IMG/VR virus record: IMGVR_UViG_3300009124_000002
Coordinates: 32,001-96,000 of that record
Source: a virus
Strand: one strand, 5' to 3'
DNA: 64,000 nucleotides
Translations under genes and position numbers: made by a program
The notes under the pieces: model-generated
What the model saw: the letters and a program-made list of their open reading frames with translations, nothing else
What the model was told of the DNA's origin: nothing
The model's database searches: none
Part shown: positions 26,344 through 35,900 of the stretch, piece by piece
Layout: each line of letters opens with the position of its first letter
Numbering within the stretch: the first letter of the stretch is position 1

Positions 26344-26927
26344 TTCAGAATATCTTGAATCTTGGAAAAGGTATCATCGTCTTCTGTCCAGATAGCTAGA
26401 CAAACATCCATCACCTTTCCACATGGCTCTGTGATTAATACATTCTTCATGTCTTTTACAATGGAATAGCATCCAAAGTTTTCCCTGTCAAATCCACCAT
26501 GAATATCGTTGATGTAGTAATCATCAAACACAACAACCTTGCTTCCACTAACAGATTTGAAATCTCCAATAATAGATTCTACTCTATGGTCACCATCAAT
26601 GAATACCAAGTCAGCACTCTTTGGATTTTTCCAGAGAGTTTCTTGCGTTACGCCCTTGATCAACTCAACACGGGAAGCGTGTTCCTTTAATCTTTGCTTT
26701 ACTTGAGAAACAGTGTGAACTCTCTTACCGTTTCCAACCATCTTGTGAAATTCTTGGTCAGAGAAATCGAACACATCATATCCTGTATATGTCGTATCCT
26801 TTGGTGCAGTGTCCAGCATCCATTTTGCCGTCTTGCCTTTCGCTACACCAATTTCAATGATTGATTTTGGTTTCAATTCTTCAATCAGTCTGAAGATATA
26901 TCCATATCTTGATTTTATCTCATTCAT
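26340..26927 (-). CDS. class I SAM-dependent methyltransferase
   Basis: IEIGV..G, FIDGDH, VVFDDY. Confidence 0.85.
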   Translation of the reverse strand: MNEIKSRYGYIFRLIEELKPKSIIEIGVAKGKTAKWMLDTAPKDTTYTGYDVFDFSDQEFHKMVGNGKRVHTVSQVKQRLKEHASRVELIKGVTQETLWKNPKSADLVFIDGDHRVESIIGDFKSVSGSKVVVFDDYYINDIHGGFDRENFGCYSIVKDMKNVLITEPCGKVMDVCLAIWTEDDDTFSKIQDILK

Positions 26928-27349
26928 CTTCGCTTTGGTATCTTGTCGTGTGGTATGTGAGTGTATCTCTTAATCATCTGACGTTCTGCTGTTGAGGTTA
27001 TCATGTATCCCTCAATTGCCTTATATCCGTTCTCCAATGCCCACTTGACTCTTTTGTGACCAACATGAACATATAGACCGGGAATAATCTTACCATCCTT
27101 ATCTACGTTGGTTCTCTCTGGGTTATTTGGTTCTATTTCAATTCTTCTTTTAACCCACTTATGATCGTGTGTAGATACCGCAATTGGATACATCATACCT
27201 GCCTTCTGAAAGCTTTCATTGTATCCAAATTTCTCCATACGAGCATTGAGCCAAGCATCAGAGGGGAGAAAGCGAATGTCCTTTACATCAAACAGTCGAA
27301 CGCAAAGTTTGATTTCTTTTGGATGGAAGTTTGCTTGTAGTATTTTCAC
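26924..27349 (-). CDS. hypothetical protein (ParB/Srx-like?)
   Basis: PIAV...GHKRV motif, weak. Confidence 0.45.
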   Translation of the reverse strand: MKILQANFHPKEIKLCVRLFDVKDIRFLPSDAWLNARMEKFGYNESFQKAGMMYPIAVSTHDHKWVKRRIEIEPNNPERTNVDKDGKIIPGLYVHVGHKRVKWALENGYKAIEGYMITSTAERQMIKRYTHIPHDKIPKRR

Positions 27350-27687
27350 TTAGTCACACCACCACTATTGAGCCTCTCAATGTCATCATGAGAAAACTCT
27401 GCCCAATACAACTCAAAAGCAATACCATCTTCAAGCCCAATGAATTGATGAAAGACTCCCGGCTTCACCTTTGTGAAATCACCGGCACCAAGAATTGTTT
27501 CATCAATAAGGTCACCGTTCCAGCAACGGACCATCATCTTACCAGACTCAACAAAGAAACCATTGCTCTTTGTCTGATGTCGATGTTCGCTACATTGATA
27601 TCCTGCCTTGAATTCAATTCTATGAAATTCAAGACAATGATTCTTGAAGACTTCTTCTGTCTTACCCCATACCTTTCCAGCAATCAT
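27346..27687 (-). CDS. cupin (sugar isomerase-like)
   Basis: KVWG, CSEHRH..K..FFVESG, PGVFHQF. Confidence 0.8.
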   Translation of the reverse strand: MIAGKVWGKTEEVFKNHCLEFHRIEFKAGYQCSEHRHQTKSNGFFVESGKMMVRCWNGDLIDETILGAGDFTKVKPGVFHQFIGLEDGIAFELYWAEFSHDDIERLNSGGVTK

Positions 27688-27890
27688 AGTTCGTAATCTT
27701 CATCTTCGTCATGCCCATCTATTCTTTCCATACAAAATGGACATATTGTAGGTTCATTTTCTTCGTATTCGTCATCCTCTAAATCATTCTCTACATCATA
27801 GGTCGAGTGGTTGAAATCGTGCCACTCAATAGAATATGTAGTCCGGCAGGACGGGCATGTAGTTTGAAAAAACATTATCTTATGGGGCAA
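27684..27890 (-). CDS. small zinc-ribbon protein
   Basis: CPSC...CPFC, acidic. Confidence 0.6.
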   Translation of the reverse strand: MPHKIMFFQTTCPSCRTTYSIEWHDFNHSTYDVENDLEDDEYEENEPTICPFCMERIDGHDEDEDYEL

Positions 27891-29836
27891 ACCCCGCCCT
27901 CACATTCAATACCCTCAATCATTTCATTTGAGGTCTGAATCGGCGATATGGGTTTAACTTTCTTTACCATCTTCTCATATTGATCTGCATCAATTTCTTC
28001 GTATGGTGCTTGGGTGAATCCATGATCAGAGTGAAGAAGGAACGAGACACTCTTGATATGATTTTTGAAATTCTTTGCCAACCAATCTTGAATCTCTGGA
28101 AGCTCTTCCTTGCGATAGTAGACAGTGCAGGATACCGCATTATCTGCCCACTGAGATTGAAGAGTCTTGATGAGTTCAAGTTGGTCAATGGCACTCATGT
28201 CCTTGGCGACAGTTGCATTCTCATCGAACTGACAGGGAAACTCAACAACCACGGTATCGTGATTCTCTGTTCCATCGAAGTTCTTGGCAAACTCGGTATG
28301 ATAACCAAGGTCACGACAAACATCGATAAGTGAATCGGTTGCTGCCATGCGAATACGACGAATGAAGTAATGAGAGAATGCCGGATGGACACCGGGAGTA
28401 GAACCAGCAAGGATGCTTAATGTGCCACTAGGTTTAACGGTAGTCAACTTAATGGAGGGATTATGACCATTCTTCTCGGAGTATTTCTGGTCAAACTCAC
28501 GAAGTTTCTGATAGGTATAATCCAACCAATCCATCTTATGTTGACTCTGACAGATACCAGTCACACCAAGACCAATACGCATGTTCTTGTGAACGATCTT
28601 ATTGGTATCTTCATGGATGAATGGTAGCGCACATATTGCCTTCTGAGTCTTATACAGAAGCTTTGCACATTCATACATCTCTTCCTTGGATTCGATATTG
28701 TTGAGATACAGTTCACTTAGGTTACAACACTCATAGTTGCCCAGAGAGATTTCACCGCATGGATTGGTCCCCACGACGTTATCCTTATTGGTGGGATACA
28801 GTTCAGAACTGCGAAGGTTTCCGTCAGAAATACGACCATACTTTTCTGACAAGGGAAGGTTGAAAAGACCGTAAGGTTCACCATTGCCAGCATAACCTTC
28901 CCAGAGAGCATCAGATGTATGGTCATAAGAGTCACAGTAAATCGTGTTATTGGACATGGCACGGTAGTTTGGAATACCGCCCAAGTCCCAACGCTTTGCC
29001 CGAAGAAAGAGAAAGTCATCAGGATCACCAATTGCAATCTCTGCGCTTCTACGAACATTACCAGCAACAACAATGGAACCAATGATGTTATTGATATCCA
29101 GAACATCCAGTGAGCGAAGTTTCTTACCCTCTCGACTCTTGAATACCTCACAGATTTTTGTGATACCATCAATCAGAATAGAGGGACCAGAGGCAGTGCC
29201 ACCGAAACCACGAATCTTTTCACCAGCACCACGAATCAGAATGGTTGAATAGGTAAATCCTTTACCAGTCTCAAAGAATGAATCCAAGACCTTGCGAAGA
29301 AGATATACCCAACCCTCACGGGAATCAGGAACAATGAAGTCGGCATCATTGGTTGCCTTTCCATCAAGTTCATCATGAGTAATCTCAACATCAGGTTTGA
29401 TTCGAGGGAGTTCATGGACATCCTCACGGCGAACAGAAAACCCAACACCACCACCAAGCATGAGGTTCTCGAAAAGGAATGTGAATGCCTTTGGTTCATT
29501 CATCTGAGTGAACCAGCAGTTCAGGAGAGAGTTGGCACCAAACCGTTCGACGGTAGGGGTGCCAAGTTGCCAGAGCATACGTCCAGCGAAGTTACATTTC
29601 AGATTGAAGACATGATCAAAGAGCTTCTCTGCTTCCTTTTGTGCGTAATTGGCACCAAGGCTTTGCGCTCCATTGATGCATCTCTGAACGGTCTCATGCC
29701 ATTCTTCTGTTGTGCCATCGTCCTTTAAGCGAGCATAGGTGCGCTTGTAAACGATGTAACCAAGACCATTGAATCCCCATTTCGGGGTTTTGTTTGCGTA
29801 TGTTGATGCGAATTCGTCAGAGATGATATTTTCCAT
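27875..29836 (-). CDS. nrdJ: class II (B12-dependent) ribonucleotide reductase
   Basis: GNVRRSA, TNPCGEI, CNLSE, KPSGT, C-terminal CEGGVCPIR. Confidence 0.95.
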   Translation of the reverse strand: MENIISDEFASTYANKTPKWGFNGLGYIVYKRTYARLKDDGTTEEWHETVQRCINGAQSLGANYAQKEAEKLFDHVFNLKCNFAGRMLWQLGTPTVERFGANSLLNCWFTQMNEPKAFTFLFENLMLGGGVGFSVRREDVHELPRIKPDVEITHDELDGKATNDADFIVPDSREGWVYLLRKVLDSFFETGKGFTYSTILIRGAGEKIRGFGGTASGPSILIDGITKICEVFKSREGKKLRSLDVLDINNIIGSIVVAGNVRRSAEIAIGDPDDFLFLRAKRWDLGGIPNYRAMSNNTIYCDSYDHTSDALWEGYAGNGEPYGLFNLPLSEKYGRISDGNLRSSELYPTNKDNVVGTNPCGEISLGNYECCNLSELYLNNIESKEEMYECAKLLYKTQKAICALPFIHEDTNKIVHKNMRIGLGVTGICQSQHKMDWLDYTYQKLREFDQKYSEKNGHNPSIKLTTVKPSGTLSILAGSTPGVHPAFSHYFIRRIRMAATDSLIDVCRDLGYHTEFAKNFDGTENHDTVVVEFPCQFDENATVAKDMSAIDQLELIKTLQSQWADNAVSCTVYYRKEELPEIQDWLAKNFKNHIKSVSFLLHSDHGFTQAPYEEIDADQYEKMVKKVKPISPIQTSNEMIEGIECEGGVCPIR

Positions 29837-29894
29837 AATTGTTCTATTTCACGTTCACTGTGAAATTATATAGTATCACAAAACTCAGTTGAAA

Positions 29895-30278
29895 TCAATC
29901 AAGTTCTTGGCTATCACTTAATTTCATTTTCCAATTTGATATTTCAAGTTTTCCTAGTGGCTTTTCGATGTCCATGTCGGCAAGTCTTTCATTCTGGATA
30001 ACCAATTTTGTGCCGCCGTATATAACGCCATCTCTTATCTCATACAGAAAGAAAGTGCTCTTTGTGATACCAACACGGACAAGCCTTCCGGGTCTTCCAT
30101 TGACGATCACAATGTCGTCTTCGTTGTAATCGTTTCCCAGAAAGACGAATATCCCAGCAACAAGTTTCTCAAGAGTTGACTTGAAAATAAGTGTTAATAG
30201 ACCAGCAAAAAGTAACCAAGAATTATCCTTTATGAAATGCTCAACCGCGTTCTTCAGAACCGTTGTTTCGTTTTCCAT
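29895..30278 (-). CDS. small MscS-like membrane protein
   Basis: TM helix, LVAGIFVF..DYNEDDIV.VNG. Confidence 0.5.
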   Translation of the reverse strand: MENETTVLKNAVEHFIKDNSWLLFAGLLTLIFKSTLEKLVAGIFVFLGNDYNEDDIVIVNGRPGRLVRVGITKSTFFLYEIRDGVIYGGTKLVIQNERLADMDIEKPLGKLEISNWKMKLSDSQELD

Positions 30279-30957
30279 TTGTTTCCTTTTGGATCATAGT
30301 TGACTCTTCATCACTATCCATATCCAATTCAGAACGGAATGGCATTGGCTTGGTTGCAATGGAACCCGCCACAGTAGTTTCCTCCACATCACTTTCAGTC
30401 ACGTAGATTTTTTGTAAAGTGTTACGATGCTCGACTTCAAAAACCGAGACATCAAAAATGGTCCCCACGGGTTGTGGTCTGTGAACCTCAACAAGTGTTC
30501 CCTTGAAGGCAAGCAACTCGCCAGTCATTGGCAGTGCAATATCATGCTTCAATTGATACATACCTTCGGGGAGGTAACCACCATCATCGACCAAGAGCCA
30601 ACTCTCGCTCAGGTCCAGTTTCGTGGGGTCGATACCATAGGCTTCTTGTAGAATTCCCTTGATATCATCGTCCTCTAAATCTGTATTTTCCTTGATCAAC
30701 CAGAAGGCAGCAAGGTAACGGGCAATGGTTGATTTGCCCAATGGGATTTTTGCAAGCAGACGACGAATATTGAATACCAGACGATGAAAGATTGTGTATG
30801 CTTCCTTCTCTTCCTTTGTCTCTGGTTTCTTGAGACGTTCTCCGTTCATGTCCACAACACCAGCCTTGAAGGCTGCGGTCTTCTCCCAAGGCATTGTCAG
30901 GAGTCGAAGAAACCTCAATGCATAAACCGTATCTGCGCCTCTAAGTAGTAGTCCCAT
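30241..30957 (-). CDS. conserved T4-like hypothetical protein
   Basis: RFLRLL..PWEK..AFK.GV.D..G...AYT.FHRLVFNI pattern. Confidence 0.75.
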   Translation of the reverse strand: MGLLLRGADTVYALRFLRLLTMPWEKTAAFKAGVVDMNGERLKKPETKEEKEAYTIFHRLVFNIRRLLAKIPLGKSTIARYLAAFWLIKENTDLEDDDIKGILQEAYGIDPTKLDLSESWLLVDDGGYLPEGMYQLKHDIALPMTGELLAFKGTLVEVHRPQPVGTIFDVSVFEVEHRNTLQKIYVTESDVEETTVAGSIATKPMPFRSELDMDSDEESTMIQKETNGKRNNGSEERG

Positions 30958-30958
30958 T

Positions 30959-31327
30959 TTAAATTTCCTGTAGTTCTTTTGCGATTTGTAAATCGAGCTT
31001 TGTGTTTCCCTGTTGGCTCTCTGGCAGATAGTTCAGGAAGATTAAGAATGTCTTGAGCACTGAGTGCAAGTCATCATCAATCTTAAAGAACATCATTTTG
31101 TTTGCAGCAGAGATGTCATACACATTGTAGATGGTGATGATATGATTCAGCACCAGCCTTGTATTTATCTCATTCGTATCTTTGTATTTTCTTAGCAATC
31201 GAAGGACATAACTAAACCGACTCATGTCCTCATAAAAGTCTTTTATGTCTAGACACTGATTATTTCGATAGTGCCTTGCAGCATATAGTTCAAAGTTTTT
31301 AGATGTAAGCTCATCAAATAATCTCAC
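30959..31327 (-). CDS. conserved T4-like hypothetical protein
   Basis: NF.LYA..HY.N..C.....F.ED..RF.Y pattern. Confidence 0.8.
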   Translation of the reverse strand: MRLFDELTSKNFELYAARHYRNNQCLDIKDFYEDMSRFSYVLRLLRKYKDTNEINTRLVLNHIITIYNVYDISAANKMMFFKIDDDLHSVLKTFLIFLNYLPESQQGNTKLDLQIAKELQEI

Positions 31328-31331
31328 GAAT

Positions 31332-31604
31332 CTATTTATGAAACAAATTAAACCATGCAGTCACAAATGCCCCGGCAATCGCGACAAAGAAAGCAACCAC
31401 GGTATTAAAGAATCCCTTTTGAAACCTGAGATTCTCTTTCTGCTCAACCTCAAGTTTATTGATTCGATACTCATTGGTCTGGTTCTTCTCGATCATTCTT
31501 CTGGTATGTTTCTCAAGGTTGCTGACCTTCTCTTCGGTCCTCACACTTGTAACCAGTAACGATTCAATCTTCTCTTCCAGTTTGTTAAAACGATCTTCAG
31601 TCAT
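31332..31604 (-). CDS. coiled-coil protein with C-terminal TM helix
   Basis: VVAFFVAIAGAFVTAWF. Confidence 0.6.
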   Translation of the reverse strand: MTEDRFNKLEEKIESLLVTSVRTEEKVSNLEKHTRRMIEKNQTNEYRINKLEVEQKENLRFQKGFFNTVVAFFVAIAGAFVTAWFNLFHK

Positions 31605-31872
31605 TATTTTCAGTGATTTGTATTTTCAGTTCCGTTGCATTTTCACCCTTCATCAATCGATGATATAAGTCCCTCTCAATGCTATAGGTTTTTCCGACAA
31701 CCAACTCAATCGGCATTTGATTGTCGAACTGAAGAAACCAATCAGTCCCATTCAGTATCGTGACCTCTCTGTTCCTTCTGTCTCTATGCCATACCAGTTC
31801 ATCACTATTTACATCAGCACAAAAGCATCTTTCAATGCTCTGGTCTTCGCGAATCGTATCAGTATAGGGCAT
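31597..31872 (-). CDS. cupin-like hypothetical protein
   Basis: ELVWHRD..R...W..Q.DN..P...YHR. Confidence 0.65.
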   Translation of the reverse strand: MPYTDTIREDQSIERCFCADVNSDELVWHRDRRNREVTILNGTDWFLQFDNQMPIELVVGKTYSIERDLYHRLMKGENATELKIQITENND

Positions 31873-31874
31873 TA

Positions 31875-32399
31875 TTACCAGAAGAACTTACCGCCGCCCT
31901 CAAGACCCAATGCCTTGGCGAACCACGGCAAACGACAAGACCAATAACTTGGTTTTGTCTTATCATTTCTTGTCTCACACTTATGTCTTGCTGCGAAATT
32001 CTTACGTGCCTCTGGATCGTTAATCTTTGCTTGCAAACCAGAGGTATCACCAAACTCTACTTTGATGACATTGCCTTTGTCATTCTTGACATAGACATAA
32101 AACTTCTTGTTACCTCCACGTTTGGGTTTCTCTAACTCAGGTTCTTTTTGTTCCTCAATCATAGGAACATCAAGAGGCACATCCTTACCCTCATAGACCC
32201 CCATAAGACCAATATCTGATTCTAGTAGGGTTTTGTCTTGTGAGTCTAGGAGGGCAGGATCAAGATTACGTGCCTCCTGAAAGAACAGAAGGTATGCTTC
32301 GGAACCAATGCGAAAAATGTTATCAGAGAAAGGTATCGAGTTCTCTAGGTGATAGTCGATACCCTCTCTGACAACTTCATATTGGTCGAAATCAATCAT
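31875..32399 (-). CDS. T4-like hypothetical protein, putative internal head protein
   Basis: KKFYVYVKN..GNVIKV.FGD...F.ARHKC...YWSC. Confidence 0.7.
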   Translation of the reverse strand: MIDFDQYEVVREGIDYHLENSIPFSDNIFRIGSEAYLLFFQEARNLDPALLDSQDKTLLESDIGLMGVYEGKDVPLDVPMIEEQKEPELEKPKRGGNKKFYVYVKNDKGNVIKVEFGDTSGLQAKINDPEARKNFAARHKCETRNDKTKPSYWSCRLPWFAKALGLEGGGKFFW

Positions 32400-32641
32400 C
32401 TTTGACGAATCTCTCTGAAGGATTTCTTCTTAGACTCAACCTGTTGTCTCTTCTTGGAAACCATGTAGTCACGGGCTGAATCAAGATAGTCAGTAGCCTT
32501 GGTGATTTTGGACTGAACCCACTCAGGGAGATTCTCATCATCACTCAGTAGCGCATGGAGTTGCTTGGCAGCATCTTCAATAGTTCTGAGTTGAGTCTTT
32601 GCCATCTCACCCTCATAGTCGTATTCGTTAGGATCTTTCAT
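32396..32641 (-). CDS. T4-like hypothetical protein
   Basis: EGEMAK.QL...LPEWVQSKITKA.DYL. Confidence 0.7.
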   Translation of the reverse strand: MKDPNEYDYEGEMAKTQLRTIEDAAKQLHALLSDDENLPEWVQSKITKATDYLDSARDYMVSKKRQQVESKKKSFREIRQR

Positions 32642-32652
32642 TGTTTATTTGC

Positions 32653-34554
32653 TTACGAAATGTAGGCATTCAACTCATAGCGTCCAGATTCCAGACCATA
32701 GACCTGAAACGAAACAACCTTGCGAGTTGGCTTACCACCCTTTTCAAGTTCAAGAGTGAAGCTGTTTGTCTTGCCAGCAGAAGGCTTGCGAGGACCACTT
32801 GAAACATTGGTGAACCAGAGGTCTTCGTCAACCTTGTATCCATTTCGAGCAACAAGGTCCAGAACTTCACTCAAGGCAGAAGTGTATGAGTCATGGTAGA
32901 TCTCGTAGTCACTCTTGGACTTGCGCTTTTCTTCCAACTCCTCGGTGGACTCTTCAATCTCTTCCTTGACATGACTCACAGAAACAGCACCGATTGCCTC
33001 GTATTTTTGAACTTCAAGGGGCTTGTCAACACCTTCGACCTTTTCCTCTTCATCATCCGCATCGCTAATGCCCTTGATCATCTTCTTTGCCTTCTCATAG
33101 GCAAGTTTGCGAATCTTCTCACGAAATTCACGACGACGAGCATCGAGTCTTTCAGTCTCTTCAGGAAGGTTATCGACTACTTTGTATCCAGTGGTTGTAT
33201 CCAATGTAGCGAGCATATCATCTTCATCGGGATGATTGTCGTCATCAGCAGCAGCTTCGGCATCAGGGATGGTATCCAAGATGCTGGCAACGATTTCCTC
33301 TTCTTCCTCTTCAGTAAGAGTATCATCAAATTCGCCAAAATCTTCTTTCGTAAAGACGGCTTTAAGAAGTCCCTTAATTCCTCCGCTCTGAGTAGCCTTA
33401 AGCCATTTGATGTATCGCCTCAAACCTTTTTCGTCGAGAACATCAATGTCTTTAATATCTGCCTTAGAACCCACTTTCTTATGAAGAGCCTTTGCTTCAT
33501 CACGTAGCTTTTCAACTTCTGGATCGGCGAAAAGTTTCATCTTACCCTCTTTAAGAGTTTCCTCGCTAATACCCATTCCCTTCAGCGTATCAGTGAGATT
33601 CTGCATCCAGAAACCCAGAGTGTTCTTGGCGAACTTCTTCTTGCTCTTCTCAACTTCTTGGTCGGTCTTGGCTTGATCGGCAACAGCAAAGGAGTGGAAG
33701 TAATCAAAGGCAGCATCACTGGTATTGAACTTCTTGTTCAGGTCAATCTTTGCCTCTTCCAACTCCTCAGTGGATTCTGAAATGTCTTGCACATCCAACA
33801 CATAGATTTTCGAGTATTTTTTGTGACCCGAATCGACGGCAATATAGAAGTCATCATCATAATCACCTTTTCTGAGATCAGCAACTGCCTTCTCAACTCC
33901 ATCATGAGAAATCGTTAAGACCACATTTGCATCAGGGTGGTTTATGATCTGCTTATCAGTCAACTTGGGCTTCTTCTTACCTTCTCCCAAATCTTCAGTA
34001 GATTCTTCCAACTCCTCAACTGATTCTTCAACAGAGGCATATCCTTTAGCAGCAGGAACCAAAACTTTATCATAGAAGTTCCTTGCTCCACCGATCCAAC
34101 CCCACCCATCAGTTGACTTCTTGCCACCATGCTTCTTAGCCAAATTGATGAACGCATCAAGACCGGGACCAGAACCCCTATACGATTTCACGGCATCATC
34201 AAAAGAGGGGGGATTGGTAAAGTCTTCATCATCAAAGACTTTGTTTGAAGTCAACCACTTATAGGCATCTTTACCCGAAATCTTTGCTGCCTCTTCCAAT
34301 TCAACGGATTCATTCTTCTCAGGCTTCTCATCATCACCCTTCCAACCAGCATCAATCTCATCAAAGAACTTCTTCTTGTCATCACCCTTAAGTTCAGATG
34401 GTGATTTCACACCATACTTTTTCAGAGTGTCATTGAAGAACTTCTGATAGGCTTCCTTGTCGCCGGTGGCTTCTTCAATCGCTTCTACAGACTCCCCAGC
34501 CATGATTCGCTTGGCAGTCTCTGCTAGTTTTTTTGTAAGTTCGTCGTTATACAT
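32653..34554 (-). CDS. multi-module putative internal head polyprotein
   Basis: modules separated by repeated ES(T/V)EELEE linkers; GATAAATA late-like promoter 5 nt upstream. Confidence 0.7.
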   Translation of the reverse strand: MYNDELTKKLAETAKRIMAGESVEAIEEATGDKEAYQKFFNDTLKKYGVKSPSELKGDDKKKFFDEIDAGWKGDDEKPEKNESVELEEAAKISGKDAYKWLTSNKVFDDEDFTNPPSFDDAVKSYRGSGPGLDAFINLAKKHGGKKSTDGWGWIGGARNFYDKVLVPAAKGYASVEESVEELEESTEDLGEGKKKPKLTDKQIINHPDANVVLTISHDGVEKAVADLRKGDYDDDFYIAVDSGHKKYSKIYVLDVQDISESTEELEEAKIDLNKKFNTSDAAFDYFHSFAVADQAKTDQEVEKSKKKFAKNTLGFWMQNLTDTLKGMGISEETLKEGKMKLFADPEVEKLRDEAKALHKKVGSKADIKDIDVLDEKGLRRYIKWLKATQSGGIKGLLKAVFTKEDFGEFDDTLTEEEEEEIVASILDTIPDAEAAADDDNHPDEDDMLATLDTTTGYKVVDNLPEETERLDARRREFREKIRKLAYEKAKKMIKGISDADDEEEKVEGVDKPLEVQKYEAIGAVSVSHVKEEIEESTEELEEKRKSKSDYEIYHDSYTSALSEVLDLVARNGYKVDEDLWFTNVSSGPRKPSAGKTNSFTLELEKGGKPTRKVVSFQVYGLESGRYELNAYIS

Positions 34555-34567
34555 GCTACTATTTATC

Positions 34568-35242
34568 TTATTTAAGTTTTGAGAGTTGGATAGTCTTCTT
34601 TACAGCATCCTTTGGGATATATGAGACTGCATAGTTGCCGGGATCTCTTGGTTCTAGATTGGGGAGCTTCTTGCGATCCAGAACAAGAAGATATCCTTCT
34701 CCAGTGTCACGATATGCCACCAGAGCAAAGCGTCCAGCAAGGTGAACATTATCAGCAACATATGAACCATCAATGTCACTGGTGTTCCCCTTGCCTTTAG
34801 ATTTCACTGAACCCTTACGAGTCAGCACATTGTATTCAGCACCAGAGATTCCACGATAAACCTCTGACTTACTGCTCTTGAGTTTGTTGAGTTTGTCTGT
34901 GATAGCGCGAAGGTCACCTTCTGGTTCCCAGATTAGATGATCTTCTACCTTGGATTCGTTAAGGTCAAATCCTTTATATCCAAGTCTTTTATTCATCAAC
35001 TTGACGGCATCCTTATAGCTCAAGTCTTTTTCTACGTATGCCCATGATGAGCGAATCCCACCACGAACCTTGCCGTCATAATTCTGTTTCAGAACCCAGA
35101 CATAATAACCACCCTCTTCTTTTGGTCTGCCATCAAGTCTACTGTCTCTACCGAATGCATATGTTTTTCCACTTTTTGCTTTTGTGGCAGTCTTCTGATA
35201 GACAGAGGCTCCTTCAGAAATATATTCAATGAATGTTTTCAT
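34568..35242 (-). CDS. putative internal head protein with ADP-ribosyltransferase-like C-terminal module
   Basis: N-term MKTFIEYISE; LNE linker; VYRGIS..E......G motif. Confidence 0.55.
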   Translation of the reverse strand: MKTFIEYISEGASVYQKTATKAKSGKTYAFGRDSRLDGRPKEEGGYYVWVLKQNYDGKVRGGIRSSWAYVEKDLSYKDAVKLMNKRLGYKGFDLNESKVEDHLIWEPEGDLRAITDKLNKLKSSKSEVYRGISGAEYNVLTRKGSVKSKGKGNTSDIDGSYVADNVHLAGRFALVAYRDTGEGYLLVLDRKKLPNLEPRDPGNYAVSYIPKDAVKKTIQLSKLK

Positions 35243-35490
35243 CCACCCTTGTGTTTCTTCCAGAGGTCGGCATCAGTTGTCTTCTGAGTCTTTCCACCAG
35301 TGACAAATGAATTCACCCTAGCTAAACCCCACTGTTCAGGAGTAGTGCCGGGTCGATGACCAGTTCTCCATGCACCTACACCTCTCTTGTAGACATCCCA
35401 GAGAATATCAAAGGCAATACCAGTTTCCTTTGCCTTATTCTGGACTGCCTTCTTGGGATTTGCTTCTCTGATTTGTCTAAGAGTTTTCAT
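35239..35490 (-). CDS. T4-like hypothetical protein
   Basis: MKTLRQIRE; GHRPG.TP.QW..ARVNSF. Confidence 0.7.
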   Translation of the reverse strand: MKTLRQIREANPKKAVQNKAKETGIAFDILWDVYKRGVGAWRTGHRPGTTPEQWGLARVNSFVTGGKTQKTTDADLWKKHKGG

Positions 35491-35900
35491 TTTGAAAAAG
35501 CACGGTCTTGCCAATCATATGAAACCTTGTCATCAGTGATCGGTCCACCTTTTGCCCATGTGGTGCAAGTGCGAGCAGAGTGACACTTGAAGTGATGCAT
35601 CCAGCAGTATCCAAGTTCACCATCATCATCAGATGTTTCACCGGGCATACAGTCTTTCATACGAGCACTGATATCAAATGCAACACAATTGGCGCATAGA
35701 GATTTCTTTGCTGCTTCAACAGAGGTATCCCACTTCTTTGCAATCTTCTCCCAATAGTCACCCGGTTCATCTACATTCAAGGGACCATAGGCAAACTGCT
35801 TGGTTGTGGCATCACGGTTCTTTGTGTTGAGTTTTACATCTTGTGTCGCTGGTGGACAAGGGTGTTCTTTTTCGGTAAGATATTCAGTGAATGATTTCAT
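35487..35900 (-). CDS. Cys-rich putative internal head protein
   Basis: MKSFTEYLTE; CANC, GYC..H.FKC...RTC..W. Confidence 0.7.
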   Translation of the reverse strand: MKSFTEYLTEKEHPCPPATQDVKLNTKNRDATTKQFAYGPLNVDEPGDYWEKIAKKWDTSVEAAKKSLCANCVAFDISARMKDCMPGETSDDDGELGYCWMHHFKCHSARTCTTWAKGGPITDDKVSYDWQDRAFSK

